Under the pieces are notes generated by a model. The model was given only the letters and a program-made list of their open reading frames with translations, did no database searches and was not told the DNA's origin. Of a stretch of 64,000 nt of DNA, positions 58,965 through 64,000 are shown in pieces; position 1 is the stretch's first letter; each line of letters opens with the position of its first letter. Position numbers and translations under genes: made by a program. Source of the DNA: Takakia lepidozioides (Eukaryota > Plantae > Bryophyta); the NCBI GenBank assembly GCA_030704615.1, contig CM060731.1:63364001-63428000 (forward strand), in the 5' to 3' direction.

Positions 58965-61553
58965 TCATTCTCGTAGGCAACCACAAGAGAGGCCTAAAAA
59001 ACCATCCATAACACGGTTCAGTGCAGTGGATGCAAATGCTTCTTTCCTATCAAGCAGAGCTGCCATTGCCAATTGGGGGTCATCAAACACGCTGTAAATA
59101 CGCTCATAGAATTCGGCTTGTGAAGTCTCTGATATCGTCGCATCAATTTCTTCAAACTTTCGGGTCAAAATTTCTGAAGCCACTGGAGAAAGCCCATTTA
59201 ATATTAAAGCTTCAAATGTTCGAGGAAAGTCTGTCACCATAACAAGCAGTAGGCGGTGCAGAGCTAAAGGGTCCAGAGAGGAGAAGATCTGGGCTATCAA
59301 GTCCTCTTTCCCCACTGCCTCCTTGCCTTCTGCCCCTAAGGAAACATCCACATCACTGGGATTGTGGCCCGGGGGATCTTGTGTCGAATTTTCATTCATA
59401 ACTTGAGCAGTCCCCAAAGGTTTGGATCTATCTGCTGTGCTCTCTGTGACAGCGGAGACACAAAGGACCAGAGTCCTGAGGTACTCTATCTCTGAAGCTG
59501 TCAGTGTCTCCATCGTCATCCTTCTCTGATTCCCAGTTGTCTCAAATGAACCAGAACACTGATCTGAACAATCAAGGGGCAAGCTGTTCAGACAATTGGT
59601 CTCGTGGACAGCATTCAAACAAACTACTGCTGATTGTGTTCCAACACTAGCGACCTGGCTGTCTTCATCCCTAATCACATCCTCTGCTTTTAAGCTATTC
59701 GAACCTTTTCCTTTCCGTCGTCCCTTCCTTTTCGATCTTACAACAGTCCCAGACACCTGGCCATCCAAAATCTTCTTGCACGTCTTAACAGTCCTTGTAC
59801 CAGAAGCAGCCCTCTCCATTATGGGAAAACTTGGAGAACCTCCTGGCCTTTGAAGCCTACTCATATCACTGCCTTCAGCATCACTGCCTTCCCGATCATT
59901 CATACATCTAGCCTTCACCTTGTAGTCATTACAAAGAGCAGCTGTTGGATTACGACAAAGATCCTTCTTACCCCTGTCCCCACATTGTTCGAGGACCAGA
60001 TTTTCCACTTTCCAGACGCTAGTCCCCTCGGTTTTGTCTGGCGGTCTTGCAGCTCCAGCTTTCCACTCCCTGTCCGATGCGACGCCTGCAGAGGTTGATA
60101 CCTCGTCGATCATCTTCTCCTTCTCGGAATCCACAAGGTTGACAAGCACGCGGCGCAATAAGTAGGCGTCCATGTGGGTGCCCAGTTTTGACGAGAGATT
60201 GGACACCCACCACAGGTTGACTGCCATCGTCACTCCCTCACTGTCTACTTGGTGATACCAGCCTTCAGGCATGAACAAAGCATCGCCAGCATCGACTGTT
60301 ACCGACCGGCAATGCCGCGAGGCACCTTCGAAGCGGGGATACTTCCCGAGCTCAGGTTGCACGAAATCCACAGCACTGTGATTAGAGGCTTCCCCATATA
60401 TAGGCATAGGGTAGAGAAAGGGTGCAGCTGATGGTGGCCACAGAGTCACTTGCTTGCGCCCCGCAACCACACACAGAAGGTTATGGTAGGGGTCATAGTG
60501 GGTGCTCGACCGAGAGCCATTCACACTCATCCATAGATTTATGTTCGAAACAGTAGTCCCCAAAAATCTTGGAACTGATACATCCCGCATCAGCACTTCT
60601 AAAGGAGGCTTTGCTTTGCTATCCTGGGTAAATATCCCAACCTGTGCGAGATAAAGCTGGAATTCAAGGGAACCTTCACCAACAGCAACTGGGCTGCTTA
60701 CCTCTGGCTCTCTCATCTCCGTACTCGTCCTTCCCACTCCCACATTCACGTCCGAGCATTCGAGGTTCCTCAGCCCTTTCAATCCCTCACAATCCTCCTG
60801 CAAATCCGAAACATGATTCCTGCCCAATGTCAAGCTTTTTGCTGCAAGATCCACAAATGCACCAAATGAGATCGGTACTCGCTCATGCCCTCGAATGTCA
60901 CCATAAAAATTCGAGCCTGATTTGGTGGCCATCACCTGCACCTTCTCTAACCCCGCCACATCCTTGAGATACTGCAGGCCACCCTTGCCTGGATCCCACA
61001 ACTCGCATGCAGGCCACTCCTTGACTGCCCCCACCAGCAGAACAGGCACGTTCCGATCTTCAAATTGTGAAGCAAACTCCGCTGCTGAGGGAATGTCTCC
61101 CACACAATCTACTACTGCCAATCCATCCATCTCCATCTTCTCCATCTTCTCCATCTTCCAAACCAGACTCTCAGATTCTCTAGTCTCTACACAAGAATCT
61201 GACAAGAACCCATCGTGTCGCGGGTGTCGGGCGGCTAAAGTGGCCCGGAAGAGGGCCGGGTCGGTTCGCTCGTGTGTACGAGCAACAAACAAACAACTCT
61301 CTTCTAGAACTGGGTCAGTCGAGATGCAGTGTTGTTGTGTAGAGATTGTTGTAGAGCACCATCTCATGAAGACATCAGCAATGCAGTCAGTGCATTGCTG
61401 TGTGTAGGGATTTTGTGTCCAGATGGAAGCGACGAAAGGAGGAGGAGGAGATCTTAGGGGAAGATCACAGAAACTATCCCTCATGTAGTCTGTTGCTAAA
61501 GCACCCGGGAAAAATGGCAACGTCTCATGGCAGATTTCAAGGGCATGTCGCAT
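58965..61553 (-). CDS. JmjC (cupin_8) domain 2-oxoglutarate/Fe(II) oxygenase, JMJ31-like, intronless; true start may be downstream (e.g. ATG 61154)
   Basis: 862-aa ORF; LYLAQ, NLWM...STHYDPYHNLLCVVAGRKQVTLWPP, GDALFMPEGWYHQVDS (HxD...H facial triad). Confidence 0.9.
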   Translation of the reverse strand: MRHALEICHETLPFFPGALATDYMRDSFCDLPLRSPPPPFVASIWTQNPYTQQCTDCIADVFMRWCSTTISTQQHCISTDPVLEESCLFVARTHERTDPALFRATLAARHPRHDGFLSDSCVETRESESLVWKMEKMEKMEMDGLAVVDCVGDIPSAAEFASQFEDRNVPVLLVGAVKEWPACELWDPGKGGLQYLKDVAGLEKVQVMATKSGSNFYGDIRGHERVPISFGAFVDLAAKSLTLGRNHVSDLQEDCEGLKGLRNLECSDVNVGVGRTSTEMREPEVSSPVAVGEGSLEFQLYLAQVGIFTQDSKAKPPLEVLMRDVSVPRFLGTTVSNINLWMSVNGSRSSTHYDPYHNLLCVVAGRKQVTLWPPSAAPFLYPMPIYGEASNHSAVDFVQPELGKYPRFEGASRHCRSVTVDAGDALFMPEGWYHQVDSEGVTMAVNLWWVSNLSSKLGTHMDAYLLRRVLVNLVDSEKEKMIDEVSTSAGVASDREWKAGAARPPDKTEGTSVWKVENLVLEQCGDRGKKDLCRNPTAALCNDYKVKARCMNDREGSDAEGSDMSRLQRPGGSPSFPIMERAASGTRTVKTCKKILDGQVSGTVVRSKRKGRRKGKGSNSLKAEDVIRDEDSQVASVGTQSAVVCLNAVHETNCLNSLPLDCSDQCSGSFETTGNQRRMTMETLTASEIEYLRTLVLCVSAVTESTADRSKPLGTAQVMNENSTQDPPGHNPSDVDVSLGAEGKEAVGKEDLIAQIFSSLDPLALHRLLLVMVTDFPRTFEALILNGLSPVASEILTRKFEEIDATISETSQAEFYERIYSVFDDPQLAMAALLDRKEAFASTALNRVMDGFLGLSCGCLRE

Positions 61554-63840
61554 CGGGGGCTAACATCAGAAGCATCTACTGGCATGGAAATCAAAGCTTC
61601 TCCTCAACTCCACTGCTTTCTAGGGTATTTATTTTTTCAAGCATCCGGCGGTGTCAAGTTCGTGGTAGTTCATGTAATCCGGTAGCCAGCTTGAGTGGGG
61701 CTGGTAGCAGTTGTGCCTGTTCAAGGAATTTTCCTTCGAGGAGAGAGAAGCCGGTAAGTTCGCGTGAGAAATGGAACGGTCTGGAGACTATGTACTGCGA
61801 GAATGGGAAGAACTTGAGCAAGGTGGTAGCTTCAGCTGCATTTACTTCTACAGAGGTGGGAGCAGATGAGGACGGTGCTTCTACATCCCTTCCACCTCCT
61901 GAGGCTTGGGAGGAGCCAGACTCTAGATCAATGCTGGCGGGGTGGAGGCCACCTCGGTATGTCTGGAGAGCCATTGCATCAGTAATTATTGCAGGCCAGG
62001 TAATCTGATGTTCTTATCAATGTGTCAGTCTTGAACTTCGTCTTCTAGCAAATACATCCATGCAGCCTGAACAATGAACTGAAGCGGTTTGAGATTGTGG
62101 TGATGTGTGACGTGAAAAGTGGGACTGTGGTCACGCTGAAATGCTCCTTGTTGTTTCTGGCAGGTAGTGATTAGAGTACTAAGAGGTAGAGTCCATGTGC
62201 GGAACTTGATGCAACAACTTGACAGCGTTGGGCTGGGCTCTCTCGGTGTCAGTCTCCTAACAGCTTCTTTTGTTGGAATGGTGTTCACAATTCAGGTATG
62301 CTAGCTTCCTCTTTTGGTCTTGTTCATTTCATTGAAGACATAGAGCTTGTAGAAGTTGGTAGATCATGCTTGTTGTTTTGTTGAATCGTTGAAATAGCTT
62401 GGACAGACCTGAAAGGGGGTCCTACAGAGGACAAAGTCACGAGTGGTATCAGGGAAGTTTGAGCAAGATGAGCGTATTGCACAGCTGTTGTTAGTAATGG
62501 AGAGCTGTGCCATGCATTTCGAGAGTGGTAGACTGCAAGTGGATTGCAGGAGGTATGTCAGCGTTGTATGGGAAGTATATGGTCATGAAAATAACCAAAA
62601 GGGAAATTTAATTACTTGCCAAACCTTCCCAATACTAGTTAACCTTCAAGCAATTCTACATGACCTCAGAGAGGAATGGCTGAAATTGAATATTTTTGCA
62701 TGCAGTTTGTTAGGGAATTTGCAAGGCTTGGACTCACAAGATCTGTGGGGGGTGTACTGGCCCTGGCTTTGGCAAGGGAGCTCTCTCCGGTAGTCACTGC
62801 CATTATCTTGGCTGGCCGAGTTGGCAGTGCATTTGCTGCTGAGCTTGGGACCATGCAGGTACTTTGTCCTTGTTTCACCTCCTCCCAAAGATACTGTTGA
62901 TACTGGTGATGTTGTTGACACTGATCTCTTCACCTAAACAGAAATTCTTTTACCCGCACGCATGAAGTTGCTTAGTAGTTTGTCTTTGTGGATCTTAGAA
63001 ACGTTGTTCAGAGTCTTCAACACTAGAAAAACCTCTGTCTCTCTCTCTCTCTCTCCTCTGCTCAGACAACAAGGTAAGCCACCCTCGTTGCATCTGAATG
63101 CTGGGATAGTACATTTCCCTGCCTTTCCTTTGTCTGTCGGGTTAACACTCCACATCCAGCTTCATGAGGACAGGATTCTGGGAGGAATGAGCCCTGAAGG
63201 TTACATCATAGACTGCAGCCACATTTACAGCATTACTTGTTGTCCTGTTCCTACTACATGGCCAGAAGGCATGAAATTCATAGCCCCAATCCCAAGTTGG
63301 TGAATCACGTGATGATCCGTAGGTGTACTGGCTTGTACCTTAAAGCTTATGGCATTGTGGGAGGGCAAATTAATGTTGCTGGTTGTTGGGAGCACGTGCC
63401 AGGTGTCAGAGCAAACGGATACATTGCGAGTCCTCAGAACAGATCCAGTGGATTATCTTGTAACCCCACGGGTAATTGCTTGCTGTATAGCACTTCCCAT
63501 CTTGACCATCATTTGTTTCACAGTAGGCATGGCTGCAAGCGTGCTGCTTGCAGATTCGGTGTATAATGTGAGCTCCAACATCATCCTTGAGTCAGCAGCA
63601 AGGGCATTGCAGCCGTGGGATCTCATCAGCACCATGATCAAGGCCACAGTCTTTGGGGGCATCATTTCCATTATTAGCTGTGCATGGGGAGTCACCACCA
63701 ATGGTGGGGCCAAGGGGGTTGGTGAATCAACCACATCTGCAGTTGTGATTTCTCTGGTTTGCATCTTCATTGCTGATTTCATTATGTCCTGGCTCTTCTT
63801 CCAAGGTGCTGGGGATGCTTTGAAGGCTGCCATGGGATAA
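61514..63840 (+). CDS. TGD1: TRIGALACTOSYLDIACYLGLYCEROL 1, chloroplast MlaE-type ABC permease; exons 61514-61999, 62164-62295, 62706-62858, 63403-63840
   Basis: All introns GT-AG, phase 0; transit-peptide-like N-terminus; [17 protein letters not shown]|[34 protein letters not shown]|[38 protein letters not shown]. Confidence 0.96.
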
Positions 63841-64000
63841 TCGTGTAAAAGTGGACTTATACAAAGTTCCCACAGCTGTTAAGTTCCCACAGCTGTTTCT
63901 ATGGTCCTGTGCCGTTGTGCAAGAAGAGTACAGTGAGTGCTTTCAAAGTGAGAAACAGAGGATTTACTGATTGCATGTTTGGATCTACGACGAAGGATAG

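Overview
Eukaryotic, intron-containing, TE-rich DNA, most likely from a non-seed land plant (inferred from the Ure2p/YfcG-class GST, expanded PLS-DYW PPR genes and TGD1). Intact-looking host genes: a 4-exon Ure2p/YfcG-type GST (8400-10934), two tandem PLS-class PPR-DYW genes (~42.5-45.6 kb and ~47.7-50.6 kb), an intronless JmjC gene (minus, 59-61.5 kb) and a 4-exon TGD1 (61514-63840). Two things stand out. (1) An 18.9-kb decayed TIR transposon (15863-34724; 26-bp TIRs, 4-bp TCTA target duplication). It carries a Sola1-like transposase plus cargo: a ParB/Srx-like domain, three FCP1/NIF-type HAD phosphatase-like domains, a Pol II CTD-like Y-S-P repeat and telomere-like subterminal repeats. About 13-16 copies of one 24-bp palindrome (AACCTCCACTGnnCAGTGGAGGTT) are dispersed along it, and I saw none outside it. 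(2) Both PPR-DYW genes splice an OSB-type PDF ssDNA-binding motif onto their N-terminus, and the second has lost the Zn-binding His of its deaminase motif. Also present: two TTAA-flanked piggyBac-like MITEs, a rearranged Ty3/gypsy insertion with one LTR but a 5-bp TSD, LINE remnants and several pseudogene fragments. All family assignments come from motif recognition by eye; no database search was run.
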